Assembly: GCF_036588685.1 (NCBI RefSeq)
Contig: NC_086382.1
Coordinates: forward strand, 38,564,001-38,628,000
DNA length: 64,000 bases
Reading direction: 5' to 3'
From: Mytilus trossulus
Lineage: Eukaryota
Positions 62,018 through 64,000 of this stretch are shown here, in pieces. A program made the translations under genes and the position numbers. How positions within the stretch are numbered: the stretch's first letter is position 1; each line of letters begins with the position of its first letter. The notes under the pieces are model-generated. The model was not told where the DNA came from. It was given only the letters and a program-made list of their open reading frames with translations, and made no database searches.

Positions 62018-62940
62018 CTAAGTTGTCAATGTAACAAAATGTAAATATTGCAGGCATTAACAACCGAAACAAAAGACACACAAAACGATAAAATAATCAG
62101 GAGGCTAAGAAAACAGAGAAAAGATAATAAAAAAAGTCTAGCAAAAGTATACAAATCACTAGACAGACTGACATGTATAGATTAGAATAGAAACCCATGA
62201 AAACAAGAGCTGTTATCGGGTATAATTCGCATGCAGATCATGTATACGAAATGTTCAATTCGCGTTCTTCTTCAAATATAATAATAAACACAAAACATTT
62301 ATTTGCAAGAAAATAAGTTTTTTATTTAGTTTTTTTCGTTAGAAAGCAAATTTCATTTAATAAATATTTTTGGCGTTAATCACAAATATTTATTTATGCT
62401 TCAGGTAAAATAAATGCCTAAAATTTCTAATTTGCGTTAAATATCGGTTTCGAAAATAGAAAACAAATTTCTGATTTTTATTTTCAAAGAATCATGAGAA
62501 TTAAACGCATTTTAAAAAGGAATTGATTATATTAAGACTGGACCAAGTCACTCACATTCCTTTGGACTTTTATTTGTTTTTGAGTAAATTGGTCGAGTTT
62601 ATACGCCAATTAATTCCTTTAAAAAGTCGTTTTATCCTATCAGAATTTCAAATAACAGCTCTTTTCAGGAGTTTGCAGTATTCATTTTGTAAGATTTCAA
62701 ATTGATAAATCAAAAGCAGTGTGTTTTTTAATTCTCAAAAATTAAACATCAAGTCATAGTTATACATGTACGTTTATTAACTTGAATCGACAAACGAAAC
62801 ATAATAGACTGTCTTGATTATGAGTGAAGCATTAACTTCTGCATGTTCTGTTAGCGAAAACCTTTGTATTTTACGACAGTCAACAACTATGACATAAGCA
62901 GACAAAATAAGGTTGATGACCCCTGATGAAGGGATCATGT

Positions 62941-63560
62941 AACAATCCGTATGGCTAAACAAGAGTTTGAAAATAAATGATAAAACTGTCTTTTACCAGA
63001 GGTTGGTTGAGTCAGGAGTTTTCTTTGTAGGTGATTTACTTGATGAAAACATAATTTATTTACTTTATAAGAATTCTGCGAAAAATATAATCTTTATATC
63101 TTGGAAAACCATTTTTTGCTTCATATGATACCAAAAAACTGGAAAGATCTAATTACTACTTAAATTTGGATTTTATATATAGTTTACCTTTTAGATGCAC
63201 TAAAAACAACAAACTTACTATGTTCCAGTTTAAGATTTTACATAGAACTCTCGCTACAAATGCATTATTGCAGAAATATAGATTAAAAGAAACTAACTAA
63301 CTTAACTTAATTTGCAGCACTTTTTCAACTTGAAAATAATTTAACTTTTATACTGAATGCGGAAAATATTGTTCTTGGGTCAAAGTCTTGGGATGTTTCC
63401 CTAAACGTATTGATTATTCTGGTTAAATATTACATTTGTACATGTCGCTTTAATACCTCATTACCAACTCTTACAGGTGTCATAGCTATGATTAAAAATT
63501 TCTACCGAATAGAAAAAATATCTATCTCCTTTTACAGATCCCCTAAATCAAGAGAGAAAT
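62941..63560 (+). mobile_element. Decayed L1/Tx1-type LINE ORF2 3' fragment
   Basis: SVWLNKSLKINDKTVFY...GVFFVGDLLDEN; RCTKNNKLTMFQFKILHRTLATN (zf-RVT region); LNVLIILVKYYICTCR...IEK. Confidence 0.75.
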
Positions 63561-63973
63561 TTGATAGTAAAACTTAGTTCACATGTGAGGGGAGATCTTT
63601 CTATTTTGTACTTACTTATAAGGCTTTATAATAATTCATGTATAATCAATAATATGTTGATGCACATCACAACTGGACAGTGATTTGTGTGGATCGTAAA
63701 AGTACTATTATAATATATGTTTATTGATATTGTTATATATATATTGATATACTTGTTTTTGTTTGATTGTATTTGAATTATCCCCCCTTGCCTTAGGTTG
63801 ACATTTATTATGTGATTCTGTCCAACATGTCATGTCTGTCCCTTATTGCTCTTTAGTGGCCTCTCCTGGTACATCTCATGTTCAACATCATTTTATAGGC
63901 AGTGAAATTTGTGACAAGAGGAAAAGGCTGATGCCAATCTTAACCTTATTAGCATATTCAGATATGATATTAC

Positions 63974-64000
63974 CTTTACAAGCCTTTGGTATACTGTTAT
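63974..64000 (-). CDS. Probable 3' end of a further upstream exon of the LDLa gene (cut by the window edge)
   Basis: ..NSIPKACK G|GTAATA; phase-1 donor resembling GACK G|GTATTA of exon 59367-59492. Confidence 0.45.

Noticed and set aside
62918-62950. Hammerhead at cctgatgaagggatc
   Set aside because: The GAAA half is absent; the sequence runs into the LINE fragment.

Overview
AT-rich eukaryotic DNA with introns. The repeat families and 354-nt hammerhead repeats point to a bivalve, probably Mytilus (inference). Two host gene pieces lie on the minus strand. (1) Three near-identical copies of the first coding exon of a Ras-superfamily small GTPase (MPFHKDPK...ILGIQGVGKS|gt) at 122-230, 12603-12717 and 30968-31076. 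They sit in a degenerate tandem duplication of about 5 units with a ~10-kb period, and I found no downstream Ras exons between them. (2) The 3' part of a gene made of phase-1 LDL-receptor class A (LDLa) exons (57767-64000) that ends without a transmembrane segment. The rest is mostly mobile DNA: tandem 354-nt type I hammerhead-ribozyme (HHR) repeats (non-LTR retrozymes), a Penelope-like (PLE) RT relic plus many PLE 3' tails, Tc1, Sola-like, Ginger-like, TTAA-type (Kolobok-like) MITEs, a tRNA-derived SINE, an L1/Tx1 fragment, and a near-identical 1167-bp triplication breaking inside a long hairpin. The most interesting candidates are a selectively maintained array of alternative promoter/first-exon cassettes for the GTPase, and a fixed retrozyme 3' end directly abutting a conserved structured RNA domain. 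All alignments, translations and folds were done by eye; repeat boundaries are approximate.
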